NCBI GenBank assembly: GCA_026026165.1 | Contig: JAPEUD010000001.1 | Span: forward strand, 806,001 to 870,000 | From: Sarea resinae | Taxonomy: Eukaryota | Length of the DNA: 64,000 nucleotides | Reading direction: 5' to 3' | In this document: piece after piece, positions 37,219 to 49,842 of the stretch | How the letters are laid out: each line of letters opens with the position of its first letter | How positions within the stretch are numbered: the first letter of the stretch is position 1 | Program-made: the position numbers and the translations under genes | Notes under the pieces: generated by a model | What the model was told of the DNA's origin: nothing | Database searches by the model: none | The model's input: the letters and a program-made list of their open reading frames with translations, nothing else

Positions 37219-38907
37219 TTACTGGAATGGTTTGATGTCTTCCGGCGAGTAAGACGCGTCAAGGTACATAGCATGATACTTCTTCGCCCACTGTCGGGTA
37301 AGAATGGAAGCTATCGAAAATAATCAGTAACCAGTCTTTTCATCAAAGGATACTGTGACTGACCTTTGAGGAACTTCTTGCTGGCGTACTTCTTGAAGAA
37401 GGCCTCATGTACGACTGGACGATGAAGGTAGTCGACCATGAGCTTGAAGACGGGCTGGATCTCTTCCTCGGTGTAGCCAGCATAGTGAGACAGGGTGGCA
37501 TCCTATTGCGTCTTAGCATTGTCCTCCCAAAAGCAGTCTGCCATCATTACTTACCCATTCCCCTCTCTCGAGTATGAGGCGTGCAAGGTACATGGATGCA
37601 GCAGCAATGTGGCTTGGACGATATTCCATGAATCGATTATCCAACAAGCTGATCTCCATCAAGTACTTTCCGAGCGTACGCGTCTGGATGTCATAATTGT
37701 CGGCCTTTGATATTCTCCTCAAGAAGTTCATCGGGTTGGGATAGCTGAGGTTGAAGTTCAGAGCAGCGAGCACTCTCTTCTCGGCCTGAAGAATCTCTTC
37801 TTCGGTGAAGCCATCATCTGCGACATGACGGAAGTTTGACACGTGGGGAGAGAGAACCTCTTCGTACTTTGAGGCGATGAACATAGCGGCAACACCAACG
37901 AGCTGAAGACGGTCAAGTTGACAGCAGCAAGATGACAGAAAGCGGTCGATGATGTTGACGGCGAGAAACAGAGTCTCGGGCAGGAGGTGGAAACGAGTGT
38001 GAACCTCGATCAACCAATCGACAAGGATACCGCGCATCTTCCACTCCAAGTCTTCTTGATGATTCATGTAGTTGGCGTTGGGCATGGTAGCCTTCTCAAG
38101 CTCTTTCAAATACTCGAAGATCTCCACGACGTATTCAGCGACCATGAGCGGATCACCAAGGTCTTCAGTATCGAGGTCTAGCACGCCAGCTTCGAAAGCG
38201 TCCTTGACGTCGGCACCTTGATCCACAGCATGAGGCTCTTCCTGTTCGACGGGCACATTCACACTCTTCTCGATCTCGACAGTGATGGTTTTTCTCTTGG
38301 GGTTAGGGTCGAGGTTTTCTTGAAGTACCTCCTCTTTGACCGATTGTTGGCTGGACGTAGATGTGTTGCGCTTCTTCTGCACGCCACCCATGACGCCAGA
38401 TCCACTCGCCGGTCGCTTCAACTCAGTGCTCGTAGCTTTCTTGTTGTTGTCCTTGGCTCCGAGTGCTGCACGCGAGGAATTTGCACGGCCGAGCTTTTGG
38501 ACGCCAGCAGCCTGTGATGCCTTGGAGACGAGACCAACTTTACCGCCGAGAGCCTTCTTACCATCCTTTCCATCGGCACCCTCGCCCTTGGTCACATTGC
38601 TAACGTCACCTAGCGCGGCACGCTTTCGCTGAGTAGGCCCGCCGGCATGACCATTGAGAGTGTTGGCGGTCGCCTTCTTGGCCCCTAACGGCTTCTTGTT
38701 TCCGACTTGTGCAGATTGCTCAGGTGCAGCGAGGGCCGCGGCTTTGGCCCTAGTAAGACGTGTTGTGCCGCTGTTCTCGTCATTCTCATTCGTGACGGCC
38801 CGCTGCCGAACAGTTCGGCCCTGAAGCAATGTGATTAGCCAAGAGTGACGCCGTTGAATCCACCACTCTCATTACGCGTCGAATAGATCGTGACTTACTG
38901 GAGGCAT
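37219..38907 (-). CDS. nimE: G2/M B-type cyclin (NimE/Cdc13/Clb2 type), 4 exons
   Basis: 9-nt first exon ATGCCTCCA|gtaagt; destruction box RAALGDVSN; cyclin box MRGILVDWLIEVH...LLPETLFLAVNIIDRFLS, ASKYEE. C-terminal exons KKYASKKFLK|ASILTRQW...PFQ*. Confidence 0.95.
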
Positions 38908-40940
38908 TGTAAGGTTGTCGAGTGTTTTCTAAATTCTGTCTAGAGCAGGTGGAGAAAACACTCGGTGAAGAGGGAGGTGTTCGTCGACAGAAATCGACCG
39001 CGACAAAGAGTGGTCAAATCTACTTGCGAGTCCACTGCATTCCACAGATCCCAAATTAGCAATCTGCATTCGGAGGAATCAACGGGCACGTCTCGATTTG
39101 GATACCTTTTGAGGAAGGCAATCTTCCCGGTCGATGAATCAACTGTGGATCCAATGTCGCTGGGAATCAATGCTCTGTCACGTCTTGACGAACGGTATCC
39201 AAGGTTAAGGTATCGGACAAGCTTTGGTACAGACAAGAGGCCCACGGCACGCGAGGATGGTGATGATTGACAATGTCCAAGGACGACAGCGAAGCTTCTT
39301 GAGAAGTCAGGAGTTTATTAATGGAGAGTTCAATCAGAGAGATCGGTCAAAGGTCGAGGATTGCAGAAGCTGCTGTGTCGGTGGTGGTGGTGGTGGTGGT
39401 GGGAGAGAGGTAGATGCAGAGGTGAGTCGGTTGTTTACGTCGAGAAGAAGCGCGAGAGGAGCGTGTGGTGGTGGCCGAGTCGAGAGTACGGTGGTTACGG
39501 GAGTACTTTCGTGTCAGCTGCAACGGGGTAGACGGCAAACAACAACGTGCCCGAAGTACTTCGAGCCGAGTGCTCTGGAAGTACCCGTCTGCTTTAGCGT
39601 GGTCGAGTACGGGTGAAGGAGGTATTTGTTGAAGTGCTCCAGGCTCAAGCTGTCCGTCTGTAGTGGTTGCAGGTGCGTTCCCCAGGCAGTGGTGGTGGTG
39701 GTGGTGGTGTGTGTCCGTTCTGTCGTGTCCAGGTCTGTTGGACTGAGAGGTACAGAGTACAGTGTACAGAGTACAGGTGAGCGGGCAGTGAACTGAAAAA
39801 AGTACTAGTAGGTCGGTACCGGGGATGGTTACTAGCGTGAGTCGAGCGCGTTTAGAGGAGATGCTTAAGGTAGGAGAGTCGAAATGTGCAGTAGTGAGGT
39901 CAGGTACGACAGATGATCTTATGAGTTGAGGAAGAAGTTCCTGAAGCCTTCTACTATGTAGGACTGCAATTGATCAAGTCGCTCGGCGTCGACGATAGAA
40001 TCGTGGATTGAGATGAGATGGAAGCTCCTCAAAGTCTCAGTCTCAGTTCAGTACCCTCATCCACGGAGTGGATCTGATGCGGTTCCCGGCCTCGACTTGA
40101 GACGAGACGTGACGTGACGTGCGTGATACCTTCGTTACCTACCTTACCTACGGAGTAGCTGCGGCAAAGCCAGAGTTGACAATCCCCGGTCTTCTTCACG
40201 CGTCAAGAGGCGTCGTCGGTACCTGCTCCGTAGTCAGGTACTCGGTGCAGGATATTCGCTCTCTCTGCGGAGCTATTACGAAGTGCGTGTGCATGCACTA
40301 TGGCTAGGTTTTGTTCTTGGTCTCTCACGTCGCTCAGGTAACTTGACGCTTCTCGCGAGTGAAGACGCCGTGCTGTCTTCCGACTGGAGAAGAGGGAGAA
40401 GTAAATATGCGCTTATGCGGGCAGTTGTTGGAGCAACGCACGTCGGGGCGGTCCACTCAAAGTGTCAGACGTACCGCAGTACCACGTAAAGGGAACGTAG
40501 CGAGCTCCCTCGCTCCAGGGCTCGCGAGGTCACTCGGATCCATCAATACCTACCTTAGGTACCTATGGATGGATCCATGGATGTGTCATCCTTCCCTTCC
40601 TCATTCTCGCGCTTCGATCGTGTCGTCAGTGCTCTTTGTTACGCATGCAGACTGCGATCTACTGCGACGAGGTGCAGCGCGCAGTCTCCACACGCTGATT
40701 GGCCACTGGATAAATCTGCTCCCGGCAGGACAACCTACTGCTTGCTCGGCACCATACCTGAATCGATTTATTGCTTCGACACCCATCATCGCCTTTGATA
40801 GATACATTGATCAATGCGGCTCAAAGTGCTGACCTGATTCTCAGCACGAGGTGCGGCATCCTGATCCTCGCCTGTGATCCGTCTCTCATCACCACTTCGT
40901 CGAACAGTGGTCGTGGGAAGGGATTTCTTCCTTTTTCGCC

Positions 40941-42177
40941 ATGCTTCAACCCCGGCTGTTACTGCGGCGGCCCCCTACGTCGTGCAATTGCCGTCTACCC
41001 TCGGTCATCGCCCGCACATACCGAAAGGCCGCTGGCTCAGTAACAAAGGACCAGACATCGGCTACGGCTGCTACAGGCAGCGCTGCTGCTCTGGCCTCGC
41101 GAGAGTTGGCCAATCTGGGAGTGCGCACTTTCAGACCTCGGACCCCAGGTCTTCGTCATCTGCGCCAACCGATCAACGATCACCTCTGGAAAGGAAAGCC
41201 TTATAGGCCGCTGACCTTCCCCAAGAAGGGCCAAGCCAAGGGCGGCAGGAACAATTCCGGCAGAGTCACAGTCAGACATCGTGGTGGCGGTCATAAACGG
41301 AGAATTCGAACGGTCGATTTTGCTCGCTTCGCACCAGGACGCCAGCTCGTTGAGAGAATCGAATATGACCCCGGACGCAGTGCCCACATTGCATTGGTCA
41401 CTAATGAGAAGACGGGCGAGAAGTCTTATATCCTCGCCGCGGAAGGTATGCGGGCCAAGGATGTCGTGCAGAGTTATCGGGCTGGCATTCCCAAGGACCT
41501 CTTGAAGAGTATGGGTGGCACGGTTGACCCTGGTGTTCTAGCAGCCAAGACAGCTTTGAGAGGCAACTGCCTGCCATTGCACATGATTCCAATTGGAACA
41601 CTGGTGTATAATGTTGGATCTGCTGCGGAAAGAGGGGGTGTGTTCTGTCGGAGTGCCGGGACATATGCCACAGTGGTATCAAAGGACGAGGATAAGAAGG
41701 GTGGCAGCAGATACGTGGCAGTCCGTCTACAGAGTGGAGAAGTTCGAAGAGTGAGCAAGGACGCATGCGCCACAGTCGGAATAGCCAGCAACGCGAAGTG
41801 GCAGCATCGACAGCTTGGAAAGGCTGGACGGAGCCGGTGGTTGAACATCAGACCCACCGTAAGAGGGCTGGCTATGAATGCTGGTGAGTAACCGGCGAGC
41901 CTTCTTTGGTTTCCCAGATCACTGACGTGCTATCCTTTGCAGCGGATCATCCTCACGGAGGTGGTCGAGGCAAATCTAAGGGTAACGTTGATCCCGTCAG
42001 TCCTTGGGGCACACCGGTAAGTCAATCAGGCTCGCTCTCGGGACGTTTCCCAATATTAATATCATTCTCTTGCAGGCCAAAGGTGGCTACAAGACCCGTG
42101 CGAAGAGGAATCCCAACAAATGGGTGGTCGTGCAGCGCACCCGCAACCAAGGCAAGAGACGGCGCGCCAACAAATAG
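40941..42177 (+). CDS. RML2: Mitochondrial large ribosomal subunit protein uL2m, 3 exons
   Basis: Arg-rich presequence; GGRNNSGRVTVRHRGGGHKRR, IEYDPGRSAHIAL, RPTVRGLAMNA|ADHPHGGGRGKSKG, PWGTP|AKGGYKTR. Stop TAG 42175-42177. Confidence 0.96.
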
Positions 42178-43118
42178 GTTGTCTTCTGTACATTTGTTTC
42201 CGAAGCCTATGTATCAATACACTCTTACAGCGCTCTACTATCTTTCCTCAGAGATGCAAGCCCCAGTTTGCTGTTTCGGGCGCAATACGATTGGTTTTCT
42301 TGTACGGGATCCATCCAGCCAATAGGGTTGCCCTCATCAAGCAGCCGACTCATTGGCTTTGCACAGCTGCCACCTGTATTTGGATAATCAAGAGCATCGA
42401 TCGAGTGATGCTGCACTGGTCAAGTCGAGATGATCGTAGCGGACGGTCAAGACTGAGGAAATGAGGAAATGGAGGCCGTCCTCGTTTGTGCACGTGTGAC
42501 CTTGTCCAAGCCAAGCGGCCTTCGTGGCTGCCTGGCGCCGCCCCTTGGGCGACCCTCGCACCCCGCGCCTCCGGCCCACCGGTGGCTGTAAGGCGGTACT
42601 CTGAACTTGGTACGAAGTATATATCGCAACGACTCTCCATGATTTGTACCCATGAGATCCCGTGGGTACCTGAGGGCTGGTACTGACTCTACGGAGTAGA
42701 GTCAGTACTACGAAGTACGTAGTAGTGTCGCCCTTGAGCTAGAGATTCGAGGACACGGATCTTGACCACCATGACTGCGTACGGAGAGCCAGAGGATGTA
42801 CTCCGTACGGATAGCTGTGTTGGAACAATAGTCCTGCGCATCATTCATTGCCTCACATCTTTGATTGATAACTTCCAGCCCCTTGACCTCCAGCCATGAA
42901 GCAATCCTCTCAAGAAATATACCTATCAATCATCCATCATCTACTGCACCTTTGTCGGTTGACCAAGATCGAATATCTTGAGTGCTAGGACTGAAATCCA
43001 CTCATCATCTATCCCGAATTCGGTTCCGTACCATTGTCAGCTATCTAATCAGCAGAATCTCTGATAGCCACAAACTCCCATCGTGTGAATCTCTTGCGCT
43101 GGCCAGCCTCTTGCCAAG

Positions 43119-46100
43119 ATGCCTTCGGGCAGTCCAGAGACGCCAGGTGAGGATTTCTTCAATGATCTCTCCCAGCAAGGAAACAGTCGTCGGGTCGGAG
43201 ATGCTCCAGGAAGTCCAAATGGCTACAGCAGTGGCTCTGGTCGTCGCGGATCGAAGGATGATGCCCCCCGGCCGAAGAGAATCGCCTGTATCGTGTGTCG
43301 AAAGCGGAAACTTAGATGTGACGGACAGAAACCAAGCTGCGGGACCTGTACACGACTGTCGCATGATTGCGCATACGATGAAGTCAGGAAGAAGAGCGGA
43401 CCGAAGAGGGGCTATGTGAAAGCGCTGGAGGCTCGATTGGGTATGCGCCGCTATTCTTGCTGGCCCTCGTCGTGCTGAGGCTGATGACATGGGACTGCTT
43501 CTAGCACAGGTTGAAACGCTCCTCAAAGCGGCAGATCCGGACGATGCGAGCGCAGGTAATGAAGGGGTATCCTACCCTAACGCTATTCACCACGAAAATC
43601 AACAGTCGAACATCCTGGCCGCTCCAGACTTTATGAATATTGCTATTGGAAAACACAACCGGACTGGGCCGATGGATCGGCTCACGGAACACTATAACCA
43701 GGCAGCCAGGCAGCAGCCTGTACCAGAGATGCCAATCCCAAACCCACTCCCTGATGATGTTTTGACGCTCGGTATGGAAGGTGATTTTTCTTGGGAATTG
43801 ATCGGACTTGGTTTGGATGAGCCTTTACCCTCGCCAGAAGTAATAGACGATCTGTAGGTATCACAGGCTCCAATACTCGAATAATGTGATTGATAAATAT
43901 ACAGGCATCAGATCTACTTCGAGAAAATACATCCATCAATGCCCATGATCCATCGACCTCGATATCTCGCGGCCCTGAATCTCAGCCCTCAGTATCGCCC
44001 ACCGGTATGTCTGCGCTACGCAATGTGGTGCCTGGCAGCCTCCGTCTCGGAGCAATACATTGGCCTGCAAGAGCACTTTTACCAAAGAGCGCGCAAATAT
44101 ATTGAGTTGGACGAGCTGAAAGGCCATGGCGAGTCGACGATTTCCATAGCCCATTGTCAGACATGGACGGTGATCGGAATTTATGAATTCAAAGTGATGT
44201 ACTTCCCACGGGCTTGGATGAGTACGGGCAGGGCGTGTCGACTAGCACAGATGATGGGTTTGCATAGACTGGATGGAGAGGGATTGGATGTCAAACAAAC
44301 TCTGCCTCCTTCAAAGGACTGGACCGAACTAGAAGAAAGACGAAGGACATTTTGGATGTCCTTCTGTTCGGACCGTTATGCCAGCGTTGGTACTGGCTGG
44401 CCGATGACTGTCGAGGAGAAAGACGTGAGTTCTCTTGCCATGCGGCTGTGGAAATATATACTGACAGCTGTTCAGATCCTAACCAAGTTGCCAGCTTCTG
44501 AAGAGGCTTTCCTGAATGGTAAGCCATCTCCAACGGTCTCGCTGGCAGAAGCTCTCGATTCCTCCGGTGCGACGACACTTTCTCCACTAGCAGCAGTGGT
44601 TCTCTTGGCCTGTCTCTTTGGCCGCAACCTCCATCATCTCCATCGGCCAGACGAGAACGAAAACCCTGCGGATCTTAGTGGCGGATTCTGGAAAAGACAT
44701 CGAGGGATGGAAAATATTCTGCTAAATACGTCCCTCTCTCTGCCGGATCATCTGAGACTACCCGCTGGAATAAATGATCCAAACGTCATCTTTCTGAACA
44801 TGAGTATACACACATCGACCATCTGTCTTCATCAAGCTGCCATCTTCAAAGCGGATAAGAATCGACTCCCATCTTCGATCAGCGCAGAAAGCAAGATCAG
44901 ATGCATCACTGCGGCAGCCGAAATTGTCAGCATCATGAAGATGATCAGCCATCTGGATTTATCTGCGGTAAGCCAGATCACGTGTTATGAAGGCTTTGCT
45001 GACCTTGGTAGATGAATCCTTTCATAAGCTTTTGCCTCTACGTAGCCGCCCGAGTCTTCGTCCAATATTTGAAATCTCGCCCTGGGGATGACCATGTCGG
45101 ATCTTCATTGCAGTTTCTGCTCTCGGCCATGCACGCTATCAAGAGGAAGAATCCCCTGACCACATCTTTTCTCGCCCAGATTGATGTGGATCTCGAGGGA
45201 TTAGGCATGGACGACCCACGCAGGAATTCGTCTTTCAGCTTTGGTCTCAAGAAAGGCGTCGTATGTGCTCTTTGCCCGTATTTCCTTTCTGTCACTGACG
45301 GATCAACAGGCCGAAGTTGGCCCCGACAAACGACCGGAATGTCTGGGTGGATTAGTAGATGTTCCTTGCCCATTATCCAAGGCAGCGGACAAGCCACCAT
45401 TTTCCGACTGCGTAGCTGGAATGCCCCCGTCAATGAGCAACGCCGAGAATGTCGAGATCCAAACAACTGCCGACCCTGCACTACAGAACCAATCCTCCTG
45501 GTTTGTCTCGGAACAGCAGCAAATCCCCACGCGGAGTCGACCGGAAGAATACTTCGTTCCCAGCACGCATAGATCAACGGGAATTTTTGCCGGCCAGGGG
45601 AACATATTCGCATCCGAAAACAATCACAACGGCCACTCTACTATCATCGATATGGATACCTCTCCCGATGGTGGCCACACCTCGACCTCCGTATCCGAGC
45701 AGCCCACCCCCAGCGGCAGCGGCTCTTCGCGCAATGGCAGCGGCGGTGGCCACGCTAACTCGTCACACACGTCTAACACGTCGCCCCAGCTCAGCGAGTC
45801 GGCTACGACTACCACCTCACCGTCCAAAAACCCATCTCTCTCATCATACTCGGAGCACGCACATGTCAATGCTCTCGGCAATCAACATCGTCAGAAGCCC
45901 CAACGACAACAGCAGCAGCAATTCTTCATGTCTCCAGTCGTAGGCAGCACCAATAAAGAACTAGACGCCGCCACCGCCGCCGTCGCCGCCGCTAACAACG
46001 AAGCTAATATCAACAATCCCTTCATCGTGCCGCCGGGCTGGGGTGTTGGCGATCTGGGCTCTACGGGCTTGACACCTATGAGCGATGCGGCTTGGGGCCA

Positions 46101-46173
46101 AATATTAGAGCCCGGTGTCAACTGGGACGTACAGGATCTGGGGGAGGGCGATGGATCTGATCGACAGATGTAA
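43119..46173 (+). CDS. Zn(II)2Cys6 transcription factor with fungal-specific TF (middle homology) domain, ~6 exons
   Basis: ACIVCRKRKLRCDGQKPSCGTCTRLSHDCAY; RLAQMMGLHRLD...EERRRTFW...DRYASVGTGWP. Introns ~43442-43504, ~43855-43904, ~44425-44476, ~44968-45011, ~45261-45309. Confidence 0.92.
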
Positions 46174-47132
46174 TGTGATATGTTGTGGTACGGTATAGGA
46201 TCATGACGTGGTGGGGATGGACCCGGGCAGAGCAGAGGAATGCCAGCTGGCGATGAATCTTTGCTCGGAGCAGGGGTCGCCATCGAGCCTTGGAGTTTTT
46301 ACCGATCTATACGTTCAATCGACGTTCATCTCGTTTTACTTTCTTTTTTGTCTCTTCTTGTTTTCTTCTTCGGCGTTTGACTGACTCCATCCTATAGGTG
46401 CGTACCGTACCGTGCCTTTGTTTACTCAAACTTTCGGGCGGGCGTCTGGATCTGCTAGCTAAGCTCGTACCGCCTAGGTAGCTGTGCTAGTCTGGACTTT
46501 GCATGGTTTGTGGTTGGTTGGTTGCTAGGTTATCTTGGTTGCTAAGTTTAGTTTCTTGCTAAATTACTTTCTTGGTTGCTTGGTTGCTTGTCCGTTTTGT
46601 TCTGTTTTCTTACATCTGGTCGTTCATTTGCTTACTTACATGGTCGAAAAGGGGGGACCGGTGGGGGAATGGCGTTCTTCTGGTGGGGAATAAGCTGGTA
46701 TTCAGGGGTCCGTGACTTGGGGAAAGATCAAATAGGGGGGGGGGGTTTTCCTTTGGTCTTTTGTGCTTGTGTTTGGGTTTACTCGTGATAGCTCGGCAGG
46801 ACGGTTGCGGGCGCGGGTGCGGGTTTCGTTTTACTGGAATAAATGAATGCATATTCTTGAGACACGCCGAATGGGTTGGGTTGGGTTGGGATAGCTGGAT
46901 AGCTGGATAGCTGGATTATTACCTTACGATAATACTATCCTTAGCCTTAGCCTCACGATGAGTATTATCATCGTCATTGTCTTTTCCATGACTATGACTA
47001 TTGCTTACCATCTCGATCCAGCAACATCTCAACGCGCTCTGCTTCTTATTTTCTTTCTTGTTCCTGACCGTGTGGGTGCAGTGGATGGACGAGTGAGATG
47101 TTTTTGTTGATTAATGATTGTTTAGTTGATTG

Positions 47133-47135
<3 letters not shown>

Positions 47136-47168
<33 letters not shown>
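47136..47168. repeat. (GA)n microsatellite
   Basis: About 16 units. Confidence 0.95.
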
Positions 47169-47172
<4 letters not shown>

Positions 47173-47480
47173 TCCTTCTTCTCCTTTTAATCTAAGCCTC
47201 TCTGAAGACTCGGGCCTTTCTAGCTCTTCTAGCTCGTCATAGTTCACATTCTAATTCGATTCTCCTGACAGCAACCAAGTCCGTCAGTAGTACCCGAGTA
47301 GAAAGAAAGAAGTAGGCAAGCAGTATATCCCCCTTCTCCCGCGTCCCCCCCACCCCTTTTCTCCCACGCCGTCTCCTACGCCCTTTTTCCCACTCTCCCT
47401 CCCTCTACGGTCAAGAAAAAGAAAGGGAAAAGAGAAAAGGAAAAGTGTCACTGCGGTATGATGATTGATTGATAAGTTGA

Positions 47481-47530
47481 TTGATAGATGGATCACCAGA
47501 TTGATAGATGGATCACCAGATTGATGGATG
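47481..47530. repeat. Perfect 20-bp tandem duplication TTGATAGATGGATCACCAGA
   Basis: Identical copies at 47481-47500 and 47501-47520, with a partial third copy. Confidence 0.9.
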
Positions 47531-48454
47531 GTTGGATAGGTTGATTGATCAATAGAGGATCGAATCCAGGAACGAGAATATCGCAAATCGCAAATCGCAA
47601 ATCGAATTGTAGAATCATCAGGCATGAGGGTCGAGGAAGCAGGAATATAGATATGGATATGGATATTAAAGGTGGCTATCTACTTTGTCTGTCTATCTCT
47701 GTCTGTCTCCCTGTCTGGGTCTCTCTGTCTGTACAGCTGCGCCATTCAAAGCCCCTGCTCGTTCGTTCGTGCGTTCAACCGATCGAATATCGGGTCATTC
47801 GCCTGCCCCATCCATATCTCCATCCATCTATCTATCTATCTATCGATCCATCCATCCATTTGATGAAGAGAAAAAACCCCCGAAGAAAAAAAAGAGAAAG
47901 AAACCTCGTCCGGGAGGCAAGAATCAATAGTCGTATTCGCAAACGACGAATTCCACAATCAATCAGTCAATCAATCAGAAAAAAATCGTTCCATGTAGCT
48001 GAACATCCTTTCGTGCTTGCTTTCTTCCGTGCCTTTCTTTCGGCCCATCAATCCACCAGTCAATCAGTCAATCAGTCAATCAGTCAGTCGGTCCACCGGT
48101 CATCCAGTCCGTCAGTCCACCAGTCCGTCCTTCGGTCCGCCAGCCTCGTCCTCAAAAGCCCCCTTGGAAACACCGTAGAACGCCGGGTATCATCATCGCC
48201 GTGTCGTCGGATATGTGTGTGTGTGTGTGTGTGTGCGTGTGATGTGTATGTGCGTATATAAGGTCGGGATGAAGATAAGAGAGAAATACGCCCCCCTCAA
48301 GCCCCAAAAGGATTATCACGACCCAAGTAGGAAAAAGAGTATGAAGAGAAAAGTAGATCGTCTTCCTTTCCACCCTTCTCTCCCTCATACCTCTTTATAT
48401 CTCCAGCCAGAGTGCTGGGGAGAAGAAAAGACAGCGGTACGATGGCAGCCGACT

Positions 48455-49842
48455 CTACACAATATTGCCGTGCTCCCTTGCGCTCGCCGGGCCCGTCGAT
48501 TCGTTGTCGTCATAGCTGACCGTCACGACCGTGGTCTTCGTGATGCCGGCGTCGGCTGCCTCGCCCATGATGCGCTCCTGGCTCTCGCGGCCGCTGTTGC
48601 CGCCACTGTGCTCCTCGGGCGACGGCGCCTCGTACCGGACGTCCGTGACGCCGACGTCGCCCGTCTGCGTGCCGTCCCAGAATTTGTCGTCGTCGAGGGT
48701 GTGGAAGCGCGAGGGGTGGGTGCGGTAATGGTGCGACGACGGCATGTGGCCCATGCCGTACGAGCCCGGCGGTCCATTCGTCGACGTTTTGTTGTTGCCG
48801 CCGAAGAGATGCGGGAAGACGCGTGAGATGGGGGCCTTGAGCATGGGGAGGCAGGCGCAGATGATGCCGGTGTTGTCTTCGATGTCGGTCCACATTGTTG
48901 CGTCGACGGCGCCCCCTGAGAAAAAAGAATGTGAGAAGGATGTCCTTTTCCTTTTTTTGATGGCGAACTTACAGGTCAGATCGCCGGTTTTGAATTCGGG
49001 GCTCATGGAGACGACTCTGACGATACTGACGACGCAGACGCTAGAATTTATATGAGCGGAATTCTTGACAAATGAGAAAGACGAAACCTACAAAGCTCCC
49101 AGCGCAAATACTCCCATCAATCCGATCTTCTGTGGAAGCGGCAGCTTCAGCTTACTGATGGACGGTAGCGGCAGAAACAAGATCCAGAAATCCGAGACAA
49201 TGTTGACCACGGCGTAACTGTACCACTGGCCCATGTTGTCGACACAATGACCGGGAATCTTCTTATCGTATGCGCGTGGGATTGGGGTGCATTGGAAGAT
49301 GGTGAGGAAGACAAAGCTGATGGAATATGCAACGACAAAGATCATGGTGGCGTAGACGGTATATCGAAAGCGGCGGGACGGGAATATGCGGAGATAGAGA
49401 AGCAAGATGGAACATTTCGTGAAACAGACACCGGTCTTGTAGGGTATCTGCGCCAGATAGAAGAACTGTGGCGGTTAGCATTTCGCTCAAGCTGGAAGAT
49501 GCGAGCGCACAACCTTCATCGCTTGAACGTGCGCCTGCGGTGTCATGTCCGCCATGTGCTTGCCGAAGCCATGGTGCACAGCTACAGACATTGTCAGACA
49601 CGGAGTTCATCTTCGGAAGCACAGATCTGACCTGTCCCGTCCATGCACGACACCCAGATGGCAAACATCAACGAAACCACGATAAAGTAGTCATCCAGCC
49701 CCAATCGCTTCGACTTGACCATTTTCGTCGATAATCTCGCCGCGACAAAAAAGGCCGCCACGATCGGCAGCGTGATGTTAACCGCCAGCAGCCGCGGGCC
49801 TCGATCGGGGACGCCATGGTCCCTGGCGGATAGCATGTCCAT
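48455..49842 (-). CDS. PTH11-like integral membrane protein (fungal rhodopsin-like domain, no CFEM), 5 exons
   Basis: RLGLDDYFIVVS, HGFGKH, KCSILLLYLRIF, IFQCTPI, SDFWILFLPLP, KIGLMGVFALG, WTDIEDNTGIICACLP. Seven hydrophobic segments after splicing. Confidence 0.9.
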
